DNA from: Bosea thiooxidans
GTDB taxonomy: Bacteria; Pseudomonadota; Alphaproteobacteria; Acetobacterales; Acetobacteraceae
DNA length: 64,000 nt
Assembly: GCA_943370125.1 (NCBI GenBank)
Contig: CALRPR020000008.1
Location: 3,826 to 67,825 of the forward strand
Direction of reading: 5' to 3'
Below, piece by piece: positions 44,847 through 55,236 of the stretch; position 1 is the first letter of the stretch, and each line of letters opens with the position of its first letter. The notes below the pieces were generated by a model. It did no database searches. It saw only the letters and a list, made by a program, of their open reading frames with translations, and was not told the origin of the DNA. Both the position numbers and the translations under genes were made by a program.

Positions 44847-45557
44847 ATGGCGCTTGGCAGAAGACGCAACCGGGAACGCCGCCAGCGCGCCACGCGCTGG
44901 CTGTGGCGCTTGTCCCAAGGCGTCATGCTTTTGCTGGTGTTTCTGGGCTTTGGCGTCATTGCCTATCGCGGCGCGGAGGAAATCGCGCGCGCCGAGGTCA
45001 CCGCCCTTGAAGCACGTCTGGCGGCGGCGGCCGAACGCGAAAGCGCCGAGGCGGGCGAGAAAACCAAGCTTATCGCCGAGCTTGAACAAGCGCGCGCCGA
45101 GGCCAGCACCTGGCGCGCACGCCATGATCAGGAAGTGCCGCGCCCGCCCTTTATCGATGTGCTGGCCATCGCCGCGCAGCGTATCGCGGCTGGTGTTGCG
45201 CCGGAACGGCTGATGGAGGTGCTGCGCGCCGCCGATAATCCGCGCCGCTGTGAAGGCCGCCCGATCATCCGCCGCTTCGCCGTTCGCTTTGGTGGCGCGC
45301 CGAATGCCGATGAAGGCACGAGCTTCATGGATGGCTTACTTCGCATCACCGCCGCCATGCCAGCCGGCACGGAAGATGCGGCGCGGCTTGCCAATGTGAC
45401 GGTTACCACCGCCTGGAATGGTCGTACGGAAAACCTGACCGGCTTGCCGCAGCGCCTTGTTCTGCCCGTGGGCAATCTGGAACTGGACCTTGCCGTTACC
45501 GCGAGTGATATGCGCGGCTTTGTCCAGGTGGGGCTAGCGACCTGCCCGCGCGGCTGA
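44847..45557 (+). CDS. Hypothetical membrane-anchored coiled-coil protein
   Basis: Arg-rich N-terminus, one hydrophobic segment, Ala/Glu-rich coiled coil, C-x(many)-C distal domain; fills the gap between two + strand genes. Confidence 0.7.
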   Translation: MALGRRRNRERRQRATRWLWRLSQGVMLLLVFLGFGVIAYRGAEEIARAEVTALEARLAAAAERESAEAGEKTKLIAELEQARAEASTWRARHDQEVPRPPFIDVLAIAAQRIAAGVAPERLMEVLRAADNPRRCEGRPIIRRFAVRFGGAPNADEGTSFMDGLLRITAAMPAGTEDAARLANVTVTTAWNGRTENLTGLPQRLVLPVGNLELDLAVTASDMRGFVQVGLATCPRG

Positions 45558-45620
45558 AACCGCCCCTGGACAGCACCCAGTATCGGCGCAAGCATCAGTC
45601 TGAAAGACTGGAGGAAACCC

Positions 45621-46589
45621 ATGAATCGCCGTGACACGCTGAAGGGCGCGCTTGCCCTTTCAAGCCTGGCTGCCTTGCCCGCTATGGCGCAAAATCTGGA
45701 TCGGCCCGTGCGCTTCATTGTGCCCTTTGCCCCCGGTGGCACCTCGGACATCATCGCACGCTTGCTCTCGCCAGAACTCACCAAATCCTTCGGCCAGAAT
45801 GTGGTGGTAGAAAACCGCACCGGCGCCAGTGGGAATATTGGTGCTGATCTGGTGGCGAAATCGCCGCCCGATGGTCACACCATGTTGATCATTGATGTCT
45901 CGACTCTCGCTACCGCGCCATCGCTCTATACGCGCTTTCCCTTTGATCTGAAGCGGGATTTGGCGCCGGTGACGATGCTGATCTACGCGCCCTATATCCT
46001 GGCAGTGCATCCTTCCGTGCCGGTGAATAACGCCGCCGAATTGGTGGCCTATGCCAAGGCCAATCCGACGCGCGTGAATGTCGGTCATGCCGGGATTGGC
46101 GTGGGCAATCATCTGACTGGGCTTTTGGTGACGCAGCATTGGGGCGCTGATCTGACGCAAGTGCCCTATCGCGGCGGGGCGGCGGCACTCACCGCCGTGG
46201 CCACTGGCGAAGCGCAATTGCTGATCAATGGCGCCACCGCAACCGCACCCTTCTGCAAGCAAGGGCAATTACGCCCCATCGCCGTGACCGGCCCGCGCCG
46301 CCTGCCTGATTTCCCGGACGTGCCAACCTTCAAGGAACTCGGCTGGCCGGCGGCGGAAAGCGGCACCTGGCAGGGCGTGCTGGTGCAGGGCGCCACCCCG
46401 CCTGCGATGGTGGAACGGCTTTCGCGTGATCTCCGCGCTGCCATGGCCGTGCCTGCTGTGGCTGAACGCATCACCGCGCTTGGCGGCGAAAACCGGGCCG
46501 AGGGCCCGGATTCCTTCCGCCGCTGGCTGGATAATGAGATCGAGGTCTGGGGCCAGGTTGTGCGCGCCAATAACATCAAGCTTGATTAA
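45621..46589 (+). CDS. Bug/TctC tripartite tricarboxylate transporter substrate-binding protein
   Basis: Tat-like NRRDTL leader, VPFAPGGTSD, ENRTGASGNIG, PDGHT, PYRGG, PDVPT; GGAGG upstream. Confidence 0.92.
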   Translation: MNRRDTLKGALALSSLAALPAMAQNLDRPVRFIVPFAPGGTSDIIARLLSPELTKSFGQNVVVENRTGASGNIGADLVAKSPPDGHTMLIIDVSTLATAPSLYTRFPFDLKRDLAPVTMLIYAPYILAVHPSVPVNNAAELVAYAKANPTRVNVGHAGIGVGNHLTGLLVTQHWGADLTQVPYRGGAAALTAVATGEAQLLINGATATAPFCKQGQLRPIAVTGPRRLPDFPDVPTFKELGWPAAESGTWQGVLVQGATPPAMVERLSRDLRAAMAVPAVAERITALGGENRAEGPDSFRRWLDNEIEVWGQVVRANNIKLD

Positions 46590-46751
46590 TGCCGCCCGCC
46601 GCCATCGGCCTCGCGGGAGGTGGCAAGCCCACCGCGTTTTTCAGGATTCCGTAGTGGCAGAGAAACTGGTAGTGTTTTCCCCGAAGCAGGACTCCATATT
46701 GCGCGTTCTGACGTTTCTTGCGAAGCCCCGAACCGGTGCCCGATCCGAAAG

Positions 46752-48608
46752 ATGAAGCAGCCACCCCGCATCATCCAACAAAAGCTTGCCGAGGCGATTG
46801 CCCTGCTGCAACGGCGCGACTTCGCGGCGGCTGAGGCTGGCTTTCTGACGATTTTGAAACGCGACCCGCGCAATTTTGACGCGCTGCATTATGCGGGGGT
46901 GGCCGCGGCACAGGCGGAGCGGCTGGAAGAAGGCGCGGCCTTCATCCGCCGCGCCTTGGCAATCAATCCGCGTCATGCCGCTGCCCAAGGCAATCTTGGT
47001 TTCGCGTTGATCCGGCTTGGCCAGTATGAGGAAGCGCTGCCCAGCCTTGACCGCGCGGTAGCCATGGACCCGAAGGCGGCCAATGCTCATCATAATCGCG
47101 GCTTTGCATTGTTGAGGCTGAAGCGCCTGGATCAAGCGGTTGCTGCCCTTGATCGCGCCATCGCATTGAAGCCCGATAATGCGGAAGCCCATAATGACCG
47201 CGCTTGCGCTCTTATGGATCAATTCAAGCTTGAAGATGCGCTGGCCAGCTCGGAAGAAGCGCTCAGTTTCCGTCCGGATGCGCCTTCCTTTCTGGTGAAT
47301 AATGCGCTGATCCTGTGTGACCTGCAGCGCCCTGCCGAAGCCTTGGCGGCGGCTGAGGCTGCCTTGCGGATCAGGCCCGAAGATACGGCCGCGCTGACCG
47401 TGCGCGCCCAGGCATTGCTGGCGCTGGGACGACCGACGGAGGGTCTTGCGACTATAGACAGCGCACTCAAGATCAATCCTTCTTCGGTGCAAGGATATCT
47501 GTGGCGCTCAGCCGCGCTTATCCTGCTCGGCCAGCCCGAACTGGCCTTGATGGCGACCGAAACCGCACGGACGCTCGCGCCGCAGGACGCCTCAGCCCAT
47601 AGAGGTTACGGCTTCGCCCTTGGCAATCTGAACCGCTTGGAAGAAGCTCTGGTTTCCTATGATCATGCGCTGTCGCTCCTGCCCGATGACAGGGAAGCCT
47701 TGTGGAACCGCGCCTTGGCCTTGCTGGCACTGGGGCGCTTTGAAGAAGGCTGGCTTGGTTACGAATATCGCAATCTCCGCCACAAGACTTTGGCAGCGCG
47801 TAAATATCCGAAGCCGCTCTGGTGGGGCAAGGAACCGCTCAAGGATCAGCGGCTTTACATCTATTGGGAACAGGGGCTTGGCGATACTATCCAATTCGCG
47901 CGCTATGCGCTGCTCGCTGCAGCTGCTGGCGCAAAAGTCGCTTTTTCCGTCCAAGACCCGCTGCTTCGGCTCTTGAGGGGTTTTGAACCCGCTGTCACCG
48001 TGATTGGCCAGAATGAAGCACCGACAGAGTTTGATTTGCACTGCCCGCTACTGACGCTGCCGCTTGCCTTCGGCACAAGGCTTGAAACCATTCCCGCTTG
48101 GGAGGAAGGCTACCTCAAGGCTCCTTCAGAAGATGTGGCGCGCTGGAATCAGCGCCTGCCCGCAGGCCGCCGCATCGGCCTGGTCTGGAGCGGCAACCAG
48201 ACGCACGCGAATGATGCCAATCGGTCGCTTTCACTCGCGAAGATTTCGCCCTTGTTCCAGCCAGGCGATGTCTGGGTTTCGCTGCAAAAGGAAGTGCGGG
48301 AAGCGGATCGCGCCGCGCTTGAAGCCTCCGGCATTTTGAATGTGAGCGCTGAGCTTGGTGATTTCGCCGATACGGCGGCGCTGATTTCCGCGCTCGATCT
48401 GGTGATTTCGGTTGATACCTCGGTCGCGCATTTGGCTGGCGCGCTTGGCAAGCCCGTTTGGTTGATGGTGCCCTTTGCCCCGGATTTCCGCTGGCTTTTG
48501 GACCGCGAGGATACGCCCTGGTACCCCAAAATGCGCCTGTTTCGCCAAAGGCGTGCGGGCGATTGGGATGGCGTTATCGCGCGTATCGGCGAAGCACTTC
48601 GCGCATAA
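46752..48608 (+). CDS. TPR-repeat protein with C-terminal GT-B (GT9-like) glycosyltransferase domain
   Basis: Multiple TPR-like repeats (A..N.G..L..L...EEAL); WEQGLGDTIQFARY, GLVWSGN, WVSLQ, DFADTAALISALDLVISVDTSVAHLAGALGKPVW. Confidence 0.87.
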   Translation: MKQPPRIIQQKLAEAIALLQRRDFAAAEAGFLTILKRDPRNFDALHYAGVAAAQAERLEEGAAFIRRALAINPRHAAAQGNLGFALIRLGQYEEALPSLDRAVAMDPKAANAHHNRGFALLRLKRLDQAVAALDRAIALKPDNAEAHNDRACALMDQFKLEDALASSEEALSFRPDAPSFLVNNALILCDLQRPAEALAAAEAALRIRPEDTAALTVRAQALLALGRPTEGLATIDSALKINPSSVQGYLWRSAALILLGQPELALMATETARTLAPQDASAHRGYGFALGNLNRLEEALVSYDHALSLLPDDREALWNRALALLALGRFEEGWLGYEYRNLRHKTLAARKYPKPLWWGKEPLKDQRLYIYWEQGLGDTIQFARYALLAAAAGAKVAFSVQDPLLRLLRGFEPAVTVIGQNEAPTEFDLHCPLLTLPLAFGTRLETIPAWEEGYLKAPSEDVARWNQRLPAGRRIGLVWSGNQTHANDANRSLSLAKISPLFQPGDVWVSLQKEVREADRAALEASGILNVSAELGDFADTAALISALDLVISVDTSVAHLAGALGKPVWLMVPFAPDFRWLLDREDTPWYPKMRLFRQRRAGDWDGVIARIGEALRA

Positions 48609-48683
48609 GGGCTTTGGCGGCAGAGACAAGCGCGCCCAAGCGTTGCTACATGCACCAAACATATCGCACCAAGGGGAACCGCC

Positions 48684-50066
48684 ATGTCATCCGGCAGCTA
48701 TGACCGCGCCAGCTTCAAGGGCCTGAGTTTTCACGATGCCGTGCCGCGTTTTCTTGCCGGGCAGGATAACCCTCGCGCCTATCTGGAACGCTGCCTTGAT
48801 ACCATCGCCGCGAAGGATGGCGTTGTGCGCGCCTTTGTTGTGATGAATGAAGTGGGGGCCCGCGCCGCCGCCGATGCCTCTGCCGCGCGCTACAAGCAAG
48901 GGCGCGCGCTTTCCACCATTGATGGCATGCCAATCGGCATCAAGGATCTGATTGAAACCTTGGATATGCCAACGCAAATGGGCTGCGGCGCATTCACTGG
49001 CAATTTCCCGAAGCGCGACAGCATCATGGTGCGCGCTTTGCGCGATGCTGGGGCGGTGATCATCGGCAAGACGGTCACGGCCGAATTGGGCATGGCGCAT
49101 CCGGGGCCGACGACCAACCCCTTCGATCCACGCCGCACGCCAGGCGGTTCATCCTCGGGCTCGGCAGCGGCGGTTGCGGCCAATATGATCCCGGCGGCGA
49201 TTGGCACGCAGGTGGGCGGTTCCATCATTCGCCCGGCTTCCTATTGCGGCAATATCGCGCTGAAACCCACCCAAGGCGCCATTAATCGCGGGGAGAGGCA
49301 ATCGCTCAGCCAATCCACCGCCGGCGTGCACGCCAATAGCTTCGAAGATATGTGGGCGGTGGCAATCGAAATCGCGCGCCGGGCGGGCGGAGACCCCGGC
49401 GCGCCTGGGCTTTTCGGCCCGCTGGCCGCGCCCGCGCCAGTGAAACCCGCGCGGCTGATTGTGATGGAAACCGAAGGCTGGGCGGATTTGGATGCGGCGT
49501 CCCTCGCGGCGTTTGAAGGCCTGCTAACAAAACTCCGCGCGGCAGGGGTGGAGATCTGGCGCCGCGCCGACCATCCGCTGATTGAAGGTTTTGAACGCGC
49601 TTTGGCGCAAGCGAAGGCCATCACCGCCGATATCTGCGCCTTCGAACAGCGCGCGGGCTTGCAGCATTTGGCGGAAACCGCAGCGGATCGCGTGAGCCCC
49701 CGGCTTTTCACGCGCTTGCAGCATGGCGCCAAGGTTGATCTTGAAACATACCGTGCGCGGCTTTTGGAACGGGATGAACTGCGCCGCCGCTTGGTGTCGC
49801 TCGCACCTTTGGCGGATGGGTTGATTGCGCTGTCATCCCCCGGCCCCGCGCCGGTTTGGCTCGGCGATCAGCCAGGCCAGTCGATTGCGCCGCGCCCGAC
49901 CGGGGATATCAGCTTCAATGCCGGAACCTCGGCGCTTGGCTGCCCGGCGGTGAATGTGCCGTTATTGGCCGTGGAGGGCATGCCGCTTGGCGTGCAGATT
50001 ATTGGCCAATGGCATGAAGATGCGCGCGCTGCGGCGATAGCGGCTTGGGTGGCGGGCGCCGCCTAA
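48684..50066 (+). CDS. Amidase signature family protein
   Basis: IGIKD, GKTVT, PGGSSSGSAAAVA, GTQVGGSIIRPASYCG. Confidence 0.9.
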   Translation: MSSGSYDRASFKGLSFHDAVPRFLAGQDNPRAYLERCLDTIAAKDGVVRAFVVMNEVGARAAADASAARYKQGRALSTIDGMPIGIKDLIETLDMPTQMGCGAFTGNFPKRDSIMVRALRDAGAVIIGKTVTAELGMAHPGPTTNPFDPRRTPGGSSSGSAAAVAANMIPAAIGTQVGGSIIRPASYCGNIALKPTQGAINRGERQSLSQSTAGVHANSFEDMWAVAIEIARRAGGDPGAPGLFGPLAAPAPVKPARLIVMETEGWADLDAASLAAFEGLLTKLRAAGVEIWRRADHPLIEGFERALAQAKAITADICAFEQRAGLQHLAETAADRVSPRLFTRLQHGAKVDLETYRARLLERDELRRRLVSLAPLADGLIALSSPGPAPVWLGDQPGQSIAPRPTGDISFNAGTSALGCPAVNVPLLAVEGMPLGVQIIGQWHEDARAAAIAAWVAGAA

Positions 50067-50809
50067 TCCAGCAGCACCGCGCGGAAGTCCGCCATCCGCG
50101 CCGGCGTCAGCCCAAGCCCATCCTCAATCAGGCCCGCCTCAGACCCAAAGGGCGCCACCGCCGCATCCAGGGCGGCGGTGAGCAGCGCCGGGTGCGTGTC
50201 CAATATCGCGTCCTTGGCTTCCTGGGGTGCCTCATCCGGTAAGGGGTGATCGCGCCGCCAAAAGCGATCCGTCGCCACATAATCCGCCAGGATCTGCTCC
50301 CGCGAAACGCCAAGCGCGGTCAGGATCAGCGCGGCACCAAGCCCGGTACGGTCCTTGCCCGCCGAGCAATGAAACAGCAGCGGCCGGCGTTCATCTTCCA
50401 GGATCAAGTCAATAAGCCGGCGATAAACCGGCAATTGCTCGGTCGCGTAATTCAGATAGGCAATGCCCAAAAGCCGCGTGGTCTCCGCCCGCGTTGCCGC
50501 GCCATTGGCCAAAAGGTCGCGCAAGGATGCGCCAATGCGCGGTTCAATCGGCAGCGGCACAGCCCGCGCCCCTTGCGGCAGGCGGGAAGGCGACGCTGCC
50601 GCTTCTCGCGTACCGCGCAAATCGCAGACCGTGCTGAGCCCCGTGGCTTCAAGGGTCATCAAATCCTGATGGGTCAACCGGTGCAGGGCATCGGACCGGA
50701 ACAGCACCCCATGGCGCAGCACCTGGCCCTGATGGCCGCGCCAGCCCCCCAGATCACGGAGGTTGGAGGCACCTTCAAGCGGGATAAGTCGTGGCAAAAT
50801 CTGGCTCAT
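50063..50809 (-). CDS. Tyrosine-protein phosphatase family (Y_phosphatase3)
   Basis: NLRDLGG, LFRSD, DLR, HCSAGKDRTG. Confidence 0.9.
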   Translation of the reverse strand: MSQILPRLIPLEGASNLRDLGGWRGHQGQVLRHGVLFRSDALHRLTHQDLMTLEATGLSTVCDLRGTREAAASPSRLPQGARAVPLPIEPRIGASLRDLLANGAATRAETTRLLGIAYLNYATEQLPVYRRLIDLILEDERRPLLFHCSAGKDRTGLGAALILTALGVSREQILADYVATDRFWRRDHPLPDEAPQEAKDAILDTHPALLTAALDAAVAPFGSEAGLIEDGLGLTPARMADFRAVLLD

Positions 50810-50917
50810 GGGCGAAATATGGCAGAAAGCACCGCCAACGCCCATCGGGCAGGATTGTTTCACGTGGCGCAAAACTATTTTAGAAGGCACACGGCTTTCG
50901 CCACCTGGGATTAACGC

Positions 50918-52228
50918 ATGGGCACGGCCCTAGAGATTTTGATCATCCTGCTGCTGGTTCTGCTGAATGGCGCCTTTGCCATGTCGGAACTCGCCATCGT
51001 GTCCTCTCGCCGATCCCGGCTGATGGCCATGCAAAAGCGCGGCGTGCGGGGGGCGGATACCGCGCTGGCGCTGGCCGAGGACCCGAAGCGCTTCCTGCCG
51101 ACAGTGCAGGTGGGCATTACCATGGTGGGCATTATCGCCGGCGCCTTTGGTGGCGCGCGGCTGGCCGGGACCGTCGCCGCTGCCCTAGAAATGCTGCCCT
51201 TTCCCGTGCCTTTTGTGCAGGAAGTGGCGTTTGCGTTGGTGGTGTTGGCGATCACCTATCTCAGCCTGATCCTGGGCGAATTGGTGCCCAAGCAATTGGC
51301 GCTTCGTGAGCCTGAGAAAATCGCCATTCTGGTGGCCCGCCCGCTGGCGCTGTTGGCGCGCATCACCGCGCCCATGGTCTGGCTTTTGGGCGCATCTTCG
51401 GCCCTCGTGCTGCGGTTTTTCGGCCCAGCACCCACCTCCGACCTTTCCGTGACGGAAGAAGAAGTGAAGGCCGTGGTGGCGGAAGGTGCTGAGGCCGGCG
51501 CGCTTGAGACCGAAGAACGCCACATGATCGAACGCGTGCTGCGGCTAGGCGACAAGCCCGTGCGCGCGCTGATGACACCGCGCAATGACATCGCCTGGCT
51601 TGACCGTGCCGAGACGCCGGAAAACCTGCCTGAGCGGCTGCGCGCCGCGCATGTCACGCGCTTCATCGTGGCCGATGGGCGCGTTGATAACGTGGTGGGC
51701 GTGGTCGAGGCCAAGGATTTGCTCGACCAGCTTCTGGCCGGCGGGCCGATTTCCCTCGAAGCCGCTTTGCGTCAGCCCTTGGTGTTGCCCGATACGCTAA
51801 CCGCTTTGGATGCGCTGGAACGCCTCCGCGGAGACCACCTTGGCATGGCGTTGGTGCTGGATGAATACGGGTCCTTTGAAGGCATGGTGACCGCTTCCGA
51901 TTTGCTGGAGGCGATCATTGGCGAATTGGGGCCAAGTGAGGCCATGCCATCCGAAGCGGCGGTGCTGCGCTTTGATGGCTCACTTTTGCTGGATGGCAGC
52001 ATGCCATCCGATGAATTGCGCGCGCGGCTTGACCTGCCGGAAATGCCAGGGGCGGGCACCTACCACACCGTCGCCGGGCTGATGTTGGCCCTGCTGCAAC
52101 GTGTCCCGCGGGAAGGGGACCGCATCGTCTGGGCCGGCTGGCGCTTTGAAATTGTGGATATGGATGGCAGGCGCGTGGATAAGGTGCTGGCCAACCGGGA
52201 AGATGCGGGCGGTGATGGCGGCGGGTGA
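50918..52228 (+). CDS. HlyC/CorC (CNNM-CBS) family transporter
   Basis: LNGAFAMSELAIVSSR, TVQVGIT, LGELVPKQLA, LMTPR, VLDEYGSFEGMVT, FEIVDMDGRRVDKV. Confidence 0.92.
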   Translation: MGTALEILIILLLVLLNGAFAMSELAIVSSRRSRLMAMQKRGVRGADTALALAEDPKRFLPTVQVGITMVGIIAGAFGGARLAGTVAAALEMLPFPVPFVQEVAFALVVLAITYLSLILGELVPKQLALREPEKIAILVARPLALLARITAPMVWLLGASSALVLRFFGPAPTSDLSVTEEEVKAVVAEGAEAGALETEERHMIERVLRLGDKPVRALMTPRNDIAWLDRAETPENLPERLRAAHVTRFIVADGRVDNVVGVVEAKDLLDQLLAGGPISLEAALRQPLVLPDTLTALDALERLRGDHLGMALVLDEYGSFEGMVTASDLLEAIIGELGPSEAMPSEAAVLRFDGSLLLDGSMPSDELRARLDLPEMPGAGTYHTVAGLMLALLQRVPREGDRIVWAGWRFEIVDMDGRRVDKVLANREDAGGDGGG

Positions 52229-52314
52229 GGAATTGAAGGATTGCAGGTCACCGCCAGCCCAAGGATGCGCCTGAGTGATCCGCCCTTCCACGACCTCAGG
52301 GCCGAAGGTGAAGC

Positions 52315-52632
52315 TCAGACCGAACCCTTGCGCTCCACCACCAGAATCCGCGCCGCACCAATCGGGTGGGCGACATGCTCATCACCGACATCGGCTACAA
52401 AGACATCCGTCGGCCCCAGACGCACCGAATGTTCGGCCCCATTCAGCCGATATTTCATTTCAACCGTGCCATCGAGCACGACGAAAACCTCCGCCCCATC
52501 ATTGACGTGCCAGATATAGGGCTGGTCGGTCCAATGCAGCCGGACCGTGGCGCCTTCAATTTCGGCGAAATCACGGGCACCCCAGGCGCGGGTGGCCGTG
52601 AAGCTGCGATTATCCTGATAGATGTCAGGCAT
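52315..52632 (-). CDS. Cupin-domain protein
   Basis: WHVNDGAEVFVVLDG and GDEHVAHP cupin motifs; ATG 52632. Confidence 0.82.
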   Translation of the reverse strand: MPDIYQDNRSFTATRAWGARDFAEIEGATVRLHWTDQPYIWHVNDGAEVFVVLDGTVEMKYRLNGAEHSVRLGPTDVFVADVGDEHVAHPIGAARILVVERKGSV

Positions 52633-52660
52633 AAGTCTCTCCTGCTGCCTTCGCCGCCCC

Positions 52661-53137
52661 CTATTGCCCCGCCGATTTCGCAATCGGCGCGATGAATTGC
52701 GGCTCGGTATCCCAGGGGAACAAGATCCAGGTATCCTGGCTCACTTCCGTAATAAACGTATCCACCATCGGCTTGCCGGCGGGCTTGGCATAGACCGTCG
52801 CGAAATGCGCCTTTGGCAGCAGGGCGCGCACCACGCGCGCTGTGGTGCCGGTATCCACCAGATCATCCAGCAGCAACCAGCCTTCGCCATCGCCCGCGGC
52901 ATCGGGCATTTTCACCACACGCGGCTCGCCCTTGGTTTCCTCATCGTATGTAAGGACCGAGACAGTTTCGATCAGCCGGCAATCCAATTCCCGCGCCACC
53001 ACGGCGGCTGGGATCAGCCCGCCGCGGGTGATGGCGACCACGCCGCGCCAGGGGCCGCGTTCCAGCAGCCGCCAGGCCAGCGCCTTACAATCCCGATGCA
53101 ATTGGTCCCAGGAAACCGTGTAATATTTCTGCGCCAT
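52661..53137 (-). CDS. gpt: Xanthine phosphoribosyltransferase
   Basis: [45 protein letters not shown]. Confidence 0.93.
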   Translation of the reverse strand: MAQKYYTVSWDQLHRDCKALAWRLLERGPWRGVVAITRGGLIPAAVVARELDCRLIETVSVLTYDEETKGEPRVVKMPDAAGDGEGWLLLDDLVDTGTTARVVRALLPKAHFATVYAKPAGKPMVDTFITEVSQDTWILFPWDTEPQFIAPIAKSAGQ

Positions 53138-53478
53138 CAAAACATCCTTCCGCCATTCGGCACGCGTTGATCAGGGCCAAGCAGCACAACCGCGCCTGCC
53201 TCATCCGGCATTCCCAGCACCAGAACCTCACTCATGAACCCCGCAATGCGGCGCGGGGCAAAATTCACCACGGCTGCTACCTGCCGCCCCACCAGCGCTT
53301 CCGGCGTGTAATGCACGGTCAATTGCGCCGAGGACCGCTTCACACCGATCTCCGCCCCGAAATCAATGCTGAGCTTGATGGCGGGCTTGCGCGCCTCCGG
53401 GAAGGGCTCAGCGGTCAGGATGGTGCCGACCCGGATATCTATCCGGTGAAATTCATCAAGGGTCGCGACAGGTTCCAT
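53137..53478 (-). CDS. csaA: tRNA-binding protein CsaA
   Basis: [46 protein letters not shown]. Confidence 0.9.
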   Translation of the reverse strand: MEPVATLDEFHRIDIRVGTILTAEPFPEARKPAIKLSIDFGAEIGVKRSSAQLTVHYTPEALVGRQVAAVVNFAPRRIAGFMSEVLVLGMPDEAGAVVLLGPDQRVPNGGRMF

Positions 53479-53592
53479 GACAGGGCTTTAATGCAGATTC
53501 GCCTGGGGTGAAACCGCCCCTGGGGCTTTTCCCGAAGCGCCAGAGGGGGCATGAGGGGGGCTGTAACTGCACCTAATGGAAGCCCTAACCCG

Positions 53593-55197
53593 ATGCGTGA
53601 TCTTCACCTTGCTGGCCGCAGCCCCGCCTATGGCACCCACGGCATGGCCGCAACCTCCATGCCCCAAGCCACTTTTGCCGCGCTTGAAATCCTGCGCGCC
53701 GGCGGCAATGCCATGGATGCGGCGATTGCGGCCTGCGCCGTGCAATGCGTGATTGAACCGGAATCGACAGGCATTGGCGGCGATTGCTTCTGCCTTTACG
53801 TGCCGGCGGGTAGCAGCACGGTGATTGCGCTGAATGGTTCTGGCCGCGCGCCGGCCGCCGCAACGCCCGAGGCACTGCGCGCCACCGGTGCGACCAAGAT
53901 GGAAAACACCTCGGCCCATTCAGTCACGGTGCCGGGCGCGATTTCGGCTTGGGAATTGCTCAATCGCAGCCATGGCAAGCTCGGCCTGGACCGTATCCTG
54001 CAAGCGGCGATCCATTATGCCGAAGAAGGCTTCCCCATCACCCCGCGCGTTGCTGCGGATTGGGAGGGCTCGGTCGGCAAATTGCTGAAAAACCCTGCAT
54101 CGACGCGGCGTTTCCTGAATAATGGCGCGGCATTCACGCTCGGCACGCGCTTCCGTCAGCCGGAATTGGCGAAGACCTTGCGCGCCATCGCGGCACGTGG
54201 CGCGGCTGCCTTCTATCAGGGCGCAGTGGCCGCCGATATTGTGGCGACGCTGCGCGAAGCTGGCGGCCTGCATACGGAAGAAGATTTCGCCAATGGCCAA
54301 AGTGCGGCGGAATTCGTCACACCCATTTCCATCCCCTGGCGCGGGATGGAGGTCTATCAATGCCCGCCGAACGGGTCCGGCCTGCATGCGCTGCAAATCC
54401 TGGGCACCTTGGGTAATCTGCCCACGCCGGAGGGCGGGCCGCTTTCGGCCACGCGGCTGCATCGGCACATCGAAGCCGCGCGCATGGCCTATCGGGACCG
54501 CGATGCTTTCCTGGCCGATCCTGCGCAGGTGAATGTGCCGGTCGAAAAGCTGCTGAATGCGGATTATCTGAAGCGTCTGGCAGGGCTGATCCGCGACGAT
54601 GCGGCGCTGCCGGAATTGCCTGCGGCGGGTGAGAGCGATCTGAACAAGCACAAGGACACGGTCTATCTTTGCGTGGTGGATAAGGATGGCAATGCCTGTT
54701 CCTTTATCAATTCGCTGTTCGAGGGTTTTGGTTCCGGCATCCTTGCGGAAAAATCCGGCGTCATGCTGCAAAATCGCGGTTTTGGTTTCCGCTTGCAGGA
54801 AGGCCATCCGAATTGCATCGCGCCCAATAAGCGCCCGCTGCATACCATCATCCCCGGCATGGTGATGAAGAATGGCCGCGCCATCATGCCCTATGGCGTG
54901 ATGGGTGGGCGCTATCAGCCAACCGGCCATAGCTACTTCCTGACCAATCACTTCGAATTCGGCCTTGATGTGCAGGAAGCGATTGATCTGCCGCGCCTGA
55001 TGCCGCAGGACGGCAAGGTTCAGGTGGAGCGCGGCTTTAGTGGTGCCGTAATTGATCAGCTGAACCGCCTTGGTCATGTGTGTGAGGGCATCGACAAGCC
55101 CCATGGCGGCGGTCAGGCGATTTTCATTGACCATGAAAAGGGCTGCCTGGTGGGTGGGTCTGACCCGCGCAAGGATGGCTGTGCGATGGGTTACTGA
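53593..55197 (+). CDS. ggt: Gamma-glutamyltransferase-family (Ntn hydrolase) protein
   Basis: GGNAMDAAIA, GIGGDCF, VTVPG, PPNGSG, nucleophile Thr in HKDTVYL, INSLFEGFGSG, KRPLHTIIP, GVMGG, DPRKDG. Confidence 0.9.
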   Translation: MRDLHLAGRSPAYGTHGMAATSMPQATFAALEILRAGGNAMDAAIAACAVQCVIEPESTGIGGDCFCLYVPAGSSTVIALNGSGRAPAAATPEALRATGATKMENTSAHSVTVPGAISAWELLNRSHGKLGLDRILQAAIHYAEEGFPITPRVAADWEGSVGKLLKNPASTRRFLNNGAAFTLGTRFRQPELAKTLRAIAARGAAAFYQGAVAADIVATLREAGGLHTEEDFANGQSAAEFVTPISIPWRGMEVYQCPPNGSGLHALQILGTLGNLPTPEGGPLSATRLHRHIEAARMAYRDRDAFLADPAQVNVPVEKLLNADYLKRLAGLIRDDAALPELPAAGESDLNKHKDTVYLCVVDKDGNACSFINSLFEGFGSGILAEKSGVMLQNRGFGFRLQEGHPNCIAPNKRPLHTIIPGMVMKNGRAIMPYGVMGGRYQPTGHSYFLTNHFEFGLDVQEAIDLPRLMPQDGKVQVERGFSGAVIDQLNRLGHVCEGIDKPHGGGQAIFIDHEKGCLVGGSDPRKDGCAMGY

Positions 55198-55236
55198 TTA
55201 GTCGCGCAATTTCACAAAAAATCTGAGGAAACGCCA

